A program made the translations under genes and the position numbers. 64,000 nucleotides of DNA, from NCBI GenBank assembly GCA_002305925.1, contig DBRL01000014.1, positions 34,402 to 98,401 of the forward strand, in the 5' to 3' direction. Under the pieces are notes generated by a model, which saw only the letters and a list, made by a program, of their open reading frames with translations, was not told where the DNA came from and did no database searches. Source of the stretch: Candidatus Peregrinibacteria bacterium UBA1369 (GTDB taxonomy: Bacteria > Patescibacteriota > Gracilibacteria > UBA1369). Shown piece after piece: positions 55,990 to 64,000 of the stretch; position 1 is the first letter of the stretch; each line of letters starts with the position of its first letter.

Positions 55990-56898
55990 ATGTTTTACAA
56001 AATTAATAACTCCCAGCTCGAGGAGATCGGCAAACGGGAAATACTCGAAAGAGACGTTCAACGGCTCGTTGAGAGTAACCTAGATTTGCTGTTCGGGCTT
56101 CGTTTTGTCGCAAGCGAATTATCAATCGAGAATGTTCGTTTTGATACGCTGGCATTCGATGAGGAAAACAATGCGCCAGTGATCATTGAATTCAAGAAAA
56201 CCTTTGAAAAGAGCCTTTTTGACCAAGGTTTGGAGTATTTGAATATCCTTTTTTCAAGAAAAGCAGATTTTTCCATTACACTTCATAAAAAAATTGGCAT
56301 TACACCTGATCCAGAAAAAATATCGTGGGAAAATGCCAGAGTAATTTTCGTCGGCAATCGTTTTTCGGAACGCCAAAAGAGAGCCGTCTCATTTCAAGGT
56401 CTACCAATTGAATTATGGAGTTTTGAATGGCTCGAAAACGACTTCTTCAAGCTCGATAGAGAGACTTTAATTAAAGAAGCCAGCCTTTCAGAATTTGCGA
56501 AATCAATTGGCAGTGAATCAGTTGCTATCGAAAAAGTCAGCCGAGAGATCAAGGACTATGAGCGCGATTATCATAAGGACGACGCAAATCCAAAAATCTG
56601 GGAACTTTTTGAAAAACTCGAAAGCTTAATAAAAGACTTGGGAGAATTTGAGACGCGTTATCGCAAGCTATATATTGGATTTTACGGCAAACAATCTTTT
56701 TGTGTCGTCAAGCTATTGAAATCAAAGCTGCAGGTTGAATTTGGAAAAGAAAAAGACGAAGGAGTATTTAAGGGTATGAATGGCGTGCACGATATCACTT
56801 CCAAAAAATGGAACCATGCATTCATGTTTGAGGTTGAATCCGAGAAGGATTTGGACAACCTAATGCTGATATTAAAGAAAGCCGCAGAGCTTCTTTAA
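55990..56898 (+). CDS. NucS-like PD-(D/E)XK nuclease domain plus DUF5655-like C-terminal domain
   Basis: ERDVQRLVESNLDLLF...VRFDTLAFDEENNAPVIIEFKK (D...ExK, NucS/DUF91-like). The C-terminus KLYIGFYGKQSFCVVKLLKSKLQVEF...VESEKDLDNLMLILKKA resembles DUF5655. Confidence 0.5.
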   Translation: MFYKINNSQLEEIGKREILERDVQRLVESNLDLLFGLRFVASELSIENVRFDTLAFDEENNAPVIIEFKKTFEKSLFDQGLEYLNILFSRKADFSITLHKKIGITPDPEKISWENARVIFVGNRFSERQKRAVSFQGLPIELWSFEWLENDFFKLDRETLIKEASLSEFAKSIGSESVAIEKVSREIKDYERDYHKDDANPKIWELFEKLESLIKDLGEFETRYRKLYIGFYGKQSFCVVKLLKSKLQVEFGKEKDEGVFKGMNGVHDITSKKWNHAFMFEVESEKDLDNLMLILKKAAELL

Positions 56899-56913
56899 TA
56901 GATTTGTAATCTA
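56899..56913. promoter_or_regulatory. palindrome TAGATTtgtAATCTA upstream of the XRE controller gene (candidate C-box/operator, or a weak terminator)
   Basis: Perfect 6-bp arms, 14 nt before ATG 56927 and immediately after the upstream stop. Confidence 0.35.
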
Positions 56914-56926
56914 TTACTTTTTATTT

Positions 56927-57145
56927 ATGGCCAGTCAAAAAAACGAACCCACAATCGGGCAAAAAATAAGAAAGCTTCGCTTGGCTAAAGAAATGACACA
57001 GGAAGCCTTGGCCAGAAAAGCTGATATTCCTTATACCACCCTCGTGAAAATCGAGAGTGACGCCGTTAAAAATCCTTCCATCGAAACAGTTTCTAAATTG
57101 GCAGCTGGATTGGAAATAACGGTAGATGAACTTATTAACTCGTAA
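56927..57145 (+). CDS. XRE-family HTH protein, probable R-M controller (C) protein
   Basis: 72 aa. IGQKIRKLRLAKEMTQEALARKADIPYTTLVKIESD. The stop is 3 nt before the mod ATG. Confidence 0.7.
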   Translation: MASQKNEPTIGQKIRKLRLAKEMTQEALARKADIPYTTLVKIESDAVKNPSIETVSKLAAGLEITVDELINS

Positions 57146-57148
57146 TTT

Positions 57149-58666
57149 ATGCCTACACTCAATTGGATCGGAAAAGAAGCAGTAGTGAACCACGATAAGG
57201 AGGTTCCTTTTCGCCTTCTCCGTAAAGTGAAGTCTGCTTCTGTAGGCGACAACTCTCAAAATCTCATCATTCACGGGGACAATCTTGAGGCGCTCAAAGC
57301 GTTGATGCCGTACTACGGTGGCAAAGTGAAATGCATCTATATTGATCCTCCGTACAACACGGGAAATGAAAACTGGGTTTACAACGACAAGGTAAACTCA
57401 CCAAAGATCAAGAAGTGGCTTGGGAAAGTGGTTGGTCGTGAGTCGGAAGACCTCTGTCGTCATGATAAGTGGCTCTGCATGATGTATCCGAGATTAAAAA
57501 TGTTGCATGATCTTTTGAGTGAAGATGGAGTGCTGATGATGAGCATTGATGATTTTGAGATTACCCACCTGAGGAATATCGCTGATGAGGTATTTGGGGA
57601 ACAAAATTTCCTTACTCAAGTTATCTGGCACAGAAAGCGCGGAAAAGATAATTCGGCTAAGTTTTTTAGCAGAGTTCACGAATATATTGTTATCTACGCA
57701 AAGGACATATCTAAAGTATCCATTAATAGGATCGAACTCGAGGAAAGAACAAAGAAAGCCTATACAAATCCTGATAATGATCCTAGGGGTGCATACCGAA
57801 AATTGGGAGCGTGGGCACGCGGAACTCAAGGGGGTTCTCGCTACGCTTTTACATCTAAAGATGGCCGCAATTTCCCTGAACGACTCTGGCTGGTCAATAA
57901 GGAAACGATGCTTAAGTACGATCAAGAAAATCGTCTTTGTTTTGTTGGAGATAAGGTTTATAGGAAGCTCTTTCTTTCAGAGCATAGTGGTGCGATACCA
58001 GAAACTATTTGGTTGGATGCTTCAAATGTAGCCAATGCATCAGATGAAATAAAATCCATTTTTGGTAACCAGATATTTGAAACCCCCAAACCTATTCCAC
58101 TTATCAAAAGGCTGATTCAGATTTCAACAACTGATAGCGATATAGTTCTTGATTCTTTTGCAGGTTCAGGCACTACAGGTCACGCTGTTCTTGATCTTAA
58201 CAAAGAAGATGGTGGCAGCCGTAAATTCATTCTTATTGAAATGGAAGACAAGGTTGCAAAGGATGTGACAGCTGAAAGGGTCAAGCGTGCAATAAAAACC
58301 AATGAGTACAACGACGGTTTCGAGTATTGCGAGCTCTCAAAGCCACTCTTCAACGAAGAGGGGCACATTGAAGAAGAGTGCGACTTCAATCAGTTCGCTA
58401 CTTATATTTACTTTACCGAGACGCAAACAAACATTGATCCAAAAGGAATTGATGGCAATTTTATCGGTGAAAAGACAGACACCGAGTATTACTTGATTTA
58501 TAAGGAGAAAGGCAAAAACGTTTTGGATAAATCATTCCTCAAAAAGGTGCGCAAGAGTGATGCCAAAAAAATCGTCTATGCAGATTTTTGCGAATTGGAC
58601 GAAAAAATCCTCGAAGATACTGGCATTGTCTTCAAGCAAATCCCTTACGAGGTCAAAGTTTACTAA
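57149..58666 (+). CDS. mod: Type III restriction-modification methyltransferase (Mod)
   Basis: Beta-class motif order: IYIDPPYNTGNENWVYND (motif IV) near the N-terminus, a variable middle region, then VLDSFAGSGTTGHAV (motif I). Followed by res. Confidence 0.85.
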   Translation: MPTLNWIGKEAVVNHDKEVPFRLLRKVKSASVGDNSQNLIIHGDNLEALKALMPYYGGKVKCIYIDPPYNTGNENWVYNDKVNSPKIKKWLGKVVGRESEDLCRHDKWLCMMYPRLKMLHDLLSEDGVLMMSIDDFEITHLRNIADEVFGEQNFLTQVIWHRKRGKDNSAKFFSRVHEYIVIYAKDISKVSINRIELEERTKKAYTNPDNDPRGAYRKLGAWARGTQGGSRYAFTSKDGRNFPERLWLVNKETMLKYDQENRLCFVGDKVYRKLFLSEHSGAIPETIWLDASNVANASDEIKSIFGNQIFETPKPIPLIKRLIQISTTDSDIVLDSFAGSGTTGHAVLDLNKEDGGSRKFILIEMEDKVAKDVTAERVKRAIKTNEYNDGFEYCELSKPLFNEEGHIEEECDFNQFATYIYFTETQTNIDPKGIDGNFIGEKTDTEYYLIYKEKGKNVLDKSFLKKVRKSDAKKIVYADFCELDEKILEDTGIVFKQIPYEVKVY

Positions 58667-58677
58667 CTCTTACCACT

Positions 58678-60942
58678 ATGAATTTAAAACGCTATCAACA
58701 AAAAGCACTCGATACCTTGAAGGATTACCTCAAGGAATCAGGTCGTGTCGGCGGCAAGTACGCCTACATGGGCATTACCAACCAGCCATATAATTCGGAC
58801 TTCTTCGGTGAGATTCCGTTCGTATGCATGAAAATCCCAACGGGCGGTGGTAAGACGCTGGTGGGATGCAGTGCTGTTGCGGAAATTATGAATACTGCTC
58901 TTCAGCACAAAATGGAGCGTGGCATTGTCATGTGGTTTGTACCATCCGAAGCGATCAAGACGCAGACACTCAAGAAGTTCAAAGACCGCAATGACTGGCA
59001 TCGCCAAGTGCTCGATGAAGCATTCCAGAACGGTGTTCGTATTTTTTCCAACGAAGAAGCTCTTCGCATTCGCAAGGAGGACGTAGAAGACAATCTTTGC
59101 ATTATCGTTTCCAGCCTTGATGCTTTCCGCAAAGAAAAGACTTTGCAGAACAAGTATAAGGTATATCAGGAAAACGGGTCACTCCTCTCTCACTTTGAAA
59201 ACCTTGGTGACGTTAGCGGGCTTGAGCTGGACGAACACAAAACCATCATCAACTCGTTGGCCAACGTGGTACGTATTAGCAATCCGCTCGTGGTGATCGA
59301 TGAAGGTCACAAGACGAAGACACAGCTCTCCATCGACTTCCTCAAGGAACTCAATCCGTCGTTCATCATTGAATACACCGCCACTCCACGTAGCGGTAGC
59401 AATATCTTGGTGGACATTTCCGCCGCCGAACTTAAAGAGGAAGAAATGGTAAAGATTCCGCTAGTACTGGAAAGTGCCGTGCAGTGGAACAATTCCGTGG
59501 CTCGCGGTATTGAAAAGCGCGATGAACTGGAAAAGGAAGCGAAGAAGCTCAAGGGTGAATATATCCGACCCATTGCTTTGATTCAGGCACAGCCAAAAAG
59601 CAAGACCAACCCAAATATTACCGTTGAACAGATCAAGGAATACCTGCTTGCGGCAAAGATTTCGGAAGATGAAATTGCTATTAAGACTTCCGAACTCAAC
59701 GAACTTGAGGGCGTGGATTTGTTCAGCAAGAAGTGCAAAATCCGCTATATCATCACCGTGAGTGCTTTGGCGGAAGGCTGGGACTGCTCCTTTGCCTATG
59801 TGCTAGTGTCCGTGGCAAATGTCGGTGCGAAAATTGCCGTTGAACAGATCATCGGCCGAATCATTCGCATGCCGTATGCGAAACGGAAAGAAAATGAGCA
59901 TCTCAATCGCTGCTATATCTTCGCATCGGCTAAGAATTTTAATGAAGCAGCTGGGCAAATCATTTCTGGATTGGAAACCAACGGTTACAGCCGTGCTGAC
60001 TTGTTGAACGCATCGCAAAAGGAACAAAAATACGAATTGGAAATTGGGCGTGCCGTGAAGAAAGACTTTGCTGCTCCAATGGTTGCTCTTGATGGCGAGA
60101 AACTTTCCTTTGAGGACTTGATCAGCGGCGGTTTTGACCTTTCCAAGGAAGACCCCGCCTTTGATTTTGAGATTCACTATGACAATGACGGTCGCGCTGT
60201 TATTGATATTAAAGATGACAAGTGGATCAAGGGGGCGCAGCAGATGCTCCGACTCACCTACAAGGACAAGAATTTTACCAAGGAAGAATTGGTGCAGTGG
60301 CTGGATCGCAAAATGAGATTCATCATTATTCCGAAGGCGGACAAGGTCGCGTTCATTCAGAAAGCCCTTGACCTTCAGTTGAAGAAACATACTCTCGCAG
60401 AACTATGCGTGAACCGCTATTTGCTGTTATCGAGGATTGATGAAGTGATCAATGACCGCATGCAGGCGTATGCCAAAAAGCGGTTTGATCAGTACATGAA
60501 AAAGGGAGAGATTGGCGTGAAAGCGTTTGATATCTTCCCCGAAACGATCACCATCGGACAGGAAACTCCGCAGGACTTCAACAAGAATTACTATGAGAAA
60601 ATCGATAAGCTGAACAAGGAGGAGCTTTCATTCGTGGAACGCTTAGACTTGGAGACCTTGCCCAATATTGAGTTCTGGATCAGAAATCGTGAGAAGAAAG
60701 ACCCTTTCTACCTTCAAGGCTGGAAAAAGGGTAAGTTCTACCCTGACTTCATCGCTATAACTAAAAAGGGTGCTGTCATTGCATTGGAATGGAAAGGTGA
60801 AGACCGTATCAGCAATGAGGATACCGAGTACAAGGTGGAGGTTGGTGATCTTTGGGCAAACCTTGGCAAGGGCAATCTCCACTTTTTCCTCGTTCATAAC
60901 GGGAATGTGGAGAGCGTGTTAAGTGCCCTTAAAAATCTATGA
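58678..60942 (+). CDS. res: Type III restriction enzyme Res subunit (SF2 helicase plus C-terminal PD-(D/E)XK)
   Basis: MKIPTGGGKTLVG, VVIDEGHK, EYTATPR, GWDCSFAYVL and QIIGRIIRMP. C-terminal YPDFIAI...ALEWKG nuclease motif. ATG 58678 is preferred over the tracked start at 58588. Confidence 0.85.
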   Translation: MNLKRYQQKALDTLKDYLKESGRVGGKYAYMGITNQPYNSDFFGEIPFVCMKIPTGGGKTLVGCSAVAEIMNTALQHKMERGIVMWFVPSEAIKTQTLKKFKDRNDWHRQVLDEAFQNGVRIFSNEEALRIRKEDVEDNLCIIVSSLDAFRKEKTLQNKYKVYQENGSLLSHFENLGDVSGLELDEHKTIINSLANVVRISNPLVVIDEGHKTKTQLSIDFLKELNPSFIIEYTATPRSGSNILVDISAAELKEEEMVKIPLVLESAVQWNNSVARGIEKRDELEKEAKKLKGEYIRPIALIQAQPKSKTNPNITVEQIKEYLLAAKISEDEIAIKTSELNELEGVDLFSKKCKIRYIITVSALAEGWDCSFAYVLVSVANVGAKIAVEQIIGRIIRMPYAKRKENEHLNRCYIFASAKNFNEAAGQIISGLETNGYSRADLLNASQKEQKYELEIGRAVKKDFAAPMVALDGEKLSFEDLISGGFDLSKEDPAFDFEIHYDNDGRAVIDIKDDKWIKGAQQMLRLTYKDKNFTKEELVQWLDRKMRFIIIPKADKVAFIQKALDLQLKKHTLAELCVNRYLLLSRIDEVINDRMQAYAKKRFDQYMKKGEIGVKAFDIFPETITIGQETPQDFNKNYYEKIDKLNKEELSFVERLDLETLPNIEFWIRNREKKDPFYLQGWKKGKFYPDFIAITKKGAVIALEWKGEDRISNEDTEYKVEVGDLWANLGKGNLHFFLVHNGNVESVLSALKNL

Positions 60943-63900
60943 TGAATATGACTCCGACTGATCACAATTATCTACGAATTCAATTTCGTTTGAAAATCCA
61001 TGAAAAAAGTGGGTCGGAGTTTCAGTCGTTCTTTGAATCTATCGCCGAGAAAGCGATTACAGGGTTTCAAAAAATCCGTCCATATGGCAATCAGGGTGAT
61101 GGAGGCAATGATGGCTATGTTCAAAGTGAAGGATCATATTACCAAGCATACGCACCATCCTATCCACAAGAGAAAGATGCTGACGCTGCAAGAAAGATGA
61201 AGGATGATTTTACAAAACTTCAAGCATCTGGATGGGATCAGATATCAAGCATCAAGAAGTACAGCTTTGTTTTTAATGACAAAGGAAATGGCGTTTCAAT
61301 AGAGATCGAGAAAGCCCTCGCTGAACTTAGAAGTGCCAATTCTACTATTGAGTTCTCGCTTCTTCTGCCGAAAGATTTAGAGGTGTTGTTTTTCACCCTA
61401 GATCAGGCCACGGTTTTGTCTCTTGGATTTGATATCAATGCCACCAAAGCTATCGACATTGCCCATGAGCTTCTTAATAAATTAGAGATAGAGATTGATC
61501 GAGATAACGGCAGAAATGTTTTGAAAAGTCTTGAAAGCTTAGCAACCATTATTTCCGATCTAAGCGATGATGGAGTAACCATTCTGTATGGCTTGCTAGA
61601 GGCAAGAGCGTTGCAAAAAGTAGAGAGGTTCGCTGAAGCCAAAAGTAAGTTTGAAGGTCTCGCGACGAAATATCCCAAAGACCCCCGTGCCACCCTGTAT
61701 TTGGCCGAACACTATTTGAATAATGAAGACTTCGAAAAAAATAAAGAACTACTAGAAAAGGCAGAAAAGATTGACTCTGCGCACTGGCTTCTGGCTCTCG
61801 AAAAACTAATTCGTACATACAGGTTGGGAGAAAGTATTGATATCTCCAAGATTGATGAGAACTCATTTCCTTCCGATCCTCGTATCAAATCGAATTTCTA
61901 TCGCCTTCACGCTTTTTTTTACGACAGAGCAAATGACTATAAGATGGCGGATAGCTTTATTGAAAAAGCAATCTCCTCCAACCCAGATAAATTTAACAAC
62001 TACAACGCAAAAATTTCATTGCTAATTTCACGTGCACATAGAGAAAAAGACCGAGAAACTGTTGCCAAGCAATTGAATAATGTACTGAAAGAATTTGAAA
62101 TTCTTGAGCAGAAAGTGCTTGAATGGGGTGGTCTCAGCGATCGAAATAGAGCGGTACTGAATGTAAAAAAACTGCACATTTGCTTTGCGACGGATGAAGC
62201 CAGTGAAATTGAACGCATCGCTCCTCAGACTTTTGAATTGTTGATGAGTTGCTACTTTGATTCGGTAATTGATGAGCTGATGGCTGAACTCCTCATACCG
62301 ATTTCACTCCCCGATAATGATTTCAGTAGACTGTTGGAATATTTAAAAAAAGCTGACAATTCGTATTCAAGCGATTTGGGCAACGTACTTTTTGTTCAGT
62401 TTTTATACCGCGATAAGTTATTTACCGATGGCCTTTCGTTCTTCACGGAAACAAAACATCAAGAATTGACTGATTTGGTGAACAATATTCAGAATAAACA
62501 ACATGATGCCGTACTTTCATACTTGAAAGATCATATTCGTTTTGCTGTGGGTTTAGCAAATACCGCCAAAGATTTCCCAGAACTAAGAAAGAAAATCATC
62601 GAGTCGTTGCCAAGCGATGGAACAATTGAAAAAGAAAAACTGTTATTACTCTTAAATTATGACCAAAAACAAACGGATGAAGCCTTCTCCATTATCCAAC
62701 AGATGGATTTGTCGCACCTAGGTTATTTTGAATGCAAGCCTATTTTGCGGGTTGCCAAAGAAAAGGAAGCTTGGGATTTTGTAATTGTAATCCTTCAGAG
62801 ATTGATGAGTTTTGAGAAGGACAAGAAAGCCTTATTGCAACTAAAGTTGGATTTGTTCAATGCCTATCTTCACCTCGAGAAATTTCCAGAACTGATTGAA
62901 CTTGGTGAGAGAATTTTAGATGAAGAAAATGATCGAGGACTGTTAGAGGATCAAGGCTGGGAATGGTTGATTGGTCAGACTGCCAATGCATGTCTTAAGC
63001 GGAATGAACAAGCGAGAGCTCTTGCGTTGATAGAGAAACATAAGAAGCTTTCTAAAACGTTTGAATATAAAGCTTTTGTTGAAGCTCCTGTGTACATAGG
63101 AAATAAGGATGCAAATAAGGCATTGGAATCAATAGTAGAAGGTATAAAGACTCTAAAAAATCCTTCACCAGAACAATATGGTCGCCTTTTTTGGTCATTC
63201 CATGAAATCAGTAATTTAATTGATTTAAAACTTGATTCTTTTAAAGAAGTAGCAGATGGATATTTTGTAAAACTTAGAGATCAGGAGAGGTGGTATTACT
63301 TAGGGAGTGGCGATGAACTTGATGCAACAAAAATTGGGGTTAGCGATTCTCGATACAATCAACTTCTAGGAAAAAAAGTTGGGGACAAAATTACATTTGA
63401 AAACAAATACAGTTCTTCATCTCCTGAATACACAGTCGAAGCAATTTTCCCAATCGGGCATTATATACATTGGCAATGCTGGCATCACGCGAACAAACTC
63501 TCCATTGAGAATCGATGGGATGTCATGAGGGTAATTGAAGTCCCAACAACGGGTGAAGCCTCTGACTTTCGTTTTATCACTGCATTTTTAGAAGACGAAC
63601 ACAAAAAGCGTGCTGATTTTTTTGAAATGTACTGCAAGGACAACCTTCCATTTGCGATGCTTGCAGTCAACGAAGGTGGAACAACAAATGCTTTGGGGAT
63701 TATTGCAGCGGAAGGCCGCGGATACGTAAAATTTAGCACTGGCGCTCAGATTGAAATTGATGAGCAAAAGAAGATAGCCGAAGGAATTATCAACGGCGAT
63801 TTATTTTACATCGACGGAGTATCAGCTCTAGTTCTTTCTGAAACTGGATTATTAGAGCAAATATACAGCTATCTTCCAAACATAAAAATTCCACAATCAG

Positions 63901-64000
63901 TTATTAGCTTTTTGTGGGAAGTGAAAGATAAGTTCGCTTATAAATCTGGCCAAAATGGTAGTCTTGGTTTTGCTCAAGGGAAACTTCGTTACTCCAGTAT
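60939..64000 (+). CDS. giant multidomain protein, 3'-truncated by the window edge: Mrr-like N-terminal motif, TPR-like array, GreA/GreB C-terminal-like segment, start of a PIN-like domain
   Basis: All 1020 codons were hand-translated with no stop. Absent from the ORF track because it is open-ended. The ATG overlaps the res TGA (ATGA). Motifs: RPYGNQGDGGNDGY...YYQAY; TPR-like helices; IGVSDSRYNQLLGKKVGDKITFENKY...YTVEAIFPI; GDLFYIDGVSALVLSETGLL. Confidence 0.8.
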   Translation, partial: MMNMTPTDHNYLRIQFRLKIHEKSGSEFQSFFESIAEKAITGFQKIRPYGNQGDGGNDGYVQSEGSYYQAYAPSYPQEKDADAARKMKDDFTKLQASGWDQISSIKKYSFVFNDKGNGVSIEIEKALAELRSANSTIEFSLLLPKDLEVLFFTLDQATVLSLGFDINATKAIDIAHELLNKLEIEIDRDNGRNVLKSLESLATIISDLSDDGVTILYGLLEARALQKVERFAEAKSKFEGLATKYPKDPRATLYLAEHYLNNEDFEKNKELLEKAEKIDSAHWLLALEKLIRTYRLGESIDISKIDENSFPSDPRIKSNFYRLHAFFYDRANDYKMADSFIEKAISSNPDKFNNYNAKISLLISRAHREKDRETVAKQLNNVLKEFEILEQKVLEWGGLSDRNRAVLNVKKLHICFATDEASEIERIAPQTFELLMSCYFDSVIDELMAELLIPISLPDNDFSRLLEYLKKADNSYSSDLGNVLFVQFLYRDKLFTDGLSFFTETKHQELTDLVNNIQNKQHDAVLSYLKDHIRFAVGLANTAKDFPELRKKIIESLPSDGTIEKEKLLLLLNYDQKQTDEAFSIIQQMDLSHLGYFECKPILRVAKEKEAWDFVIVILQRLMSFEKDKKALLQLKLDLFNAYLHLEKFPELIELGERILDEENDRGLLEDQGWEWLIGQTANACLKRNEQARALALIEKHKKLSKTFEYKAFVEAPVYIGNKDANKALESIVEGIKTLKNPSPEQYGRLFWSFHEISNLIDLKLDSFKEVADGYFVKLRDQERWYYLGSGDELDATKIGVSDSRYNQLLGKKVGDKITFENKYSSSSPEYTVEAIFPIGHYIHWQCWHHANKLSIENRWDVMRVIEVPTTGEASDFRFITAFLEDEHKKRADFFEMYCKDNLPFAMLAVNEGGTTNALGIIAAEGRGYVKFSTGAQIEIDEQKKIAEGIINGDLFYIDGVSALVLSETGLLEQIYSYLPNIKIPQSVISFLWEVKDKFAYKSGQNGSLGFAQGKLRYSS

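Larger units (their letters stand above)
41864..64000. mobile_element. integrated temperate-phage-like element (prophage); left junction at the tRNA-Ala 3' end, right end beyond the window
   Basis: Abrupt change in base composition and gene content directly after the tRNA. Contains integrase, repressor switch, recombination, replication, methylase and packaging/head genes in canonical order. Confidence 0.85.

Noticed and set aside
57149-58666. Phase-variable simple-sequence repeat in Type III mod
   Set aside because: Reading through mod, I saw no homopolymer or short tandem repeat tract of the kind that drives phase variation.
58588-58677. N-terminal extensions of tracked ORFs (res from 58588, exonuclease from 47158, ParB-MTase from 50407, DnaC-like from 48728, infC from 18610, and others)
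   Set aside because: The extensions overlap the preceding gene or use TTG/GTG far upstream. Internal ATGs that give compact, non-overlapping genes and conserved N-termini are preferred.
61000-63739. Small tracked ORFs (61000..61200 +, 61403..61866 -, 61837..62025 +, 62000..62218 -, 63485..63739 -)
   Set aside because: All lie inside, out of frame with or antisense to, the uninterrupted >1020-codon ORF, which has coherent domain-like sequence.
1-64000. Alternative genetic code (for example UGA or UAA reassignment) as an explanation for the nrdD stop
   Set aside because: Long conserved genes across the window end cleanly at TGA, TAA and TAG and show no internal stops under code 11. A single in-frame TAA does not justify recoding.
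1-64000. CRISPR arrays, rRNA genes, IS elements and transposases
   Set aside because: A visual scan found no regularly spaced direct repeats and no rRNA-like conserved stretches. The only recombinase gene is the prophage serine integrase.

Overview
The window has two parts.

(1) nt 1-41863 is GC-rich bacterial chromosome with tightly packed housekeeping genes. The gene content suggests an anaerobe-like organism, but the lineage cannot be determined from this sequence alone. Genes, in order:
- a YqeY-like protein;
- 2-oxoacid:ferredoxin oxidoreductase alpha and beta subunits, separated by an inserted nrdD-nrdG (class III RNR) cassette;
- GDPD, SLH-domain surface proteins and queG;
- two secreted thioredoxin-like paralogs, with a VKOR 16 kb away;
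- recR, infC-rpmI-rplT, cyclophilin, holB, VanW, trxB, RNase Y, patatin, dnaN and mfd;
- an EpmA-like ligase next to efp, malic enzyme and a membrane/HEAT-repeat protein;
- tmRNA (ssrA) and tRNA-Ala(CGC).

(2) nt ~41864-64000 is a lower-GC integrated temperate-phage-like element that begins exactly at the 3' end of tRNA-Ala. It carries a large serine recombinase, a CI/Cro-like switch, RecT/Bet plus a PD-(D/E)XK exonuclease, a compact MetK, DUF4373-like and DnaC-like replication genes, DUF1064, a ParB-methyltransferase, and TerS/TerL/portal/MuF.

Directly after the head-morphogenesis gene sits an AT-rich cassette: a NucS-like/DUF5655-like nuclease, an XRE controller, and Type III Mod and Res. 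Overlapping the res stop codon is an open-ended ORF of more than 1020 codons that the supplied ORF track does not list, because it has no stop inside the window. This ORF combines an Mrr-like N-terminal motif, a long TPR-like helical array, a GreA/GreB C-terminal-like segment (LLGKKVGD) and the start of a PIN-like domain. This res-coupled giant gene is my best candidate for an undescribed defence component.

No rRNA, CRISPR array or transposase was seen. All domain calls come from reading motifs by eye; no database search was possible.
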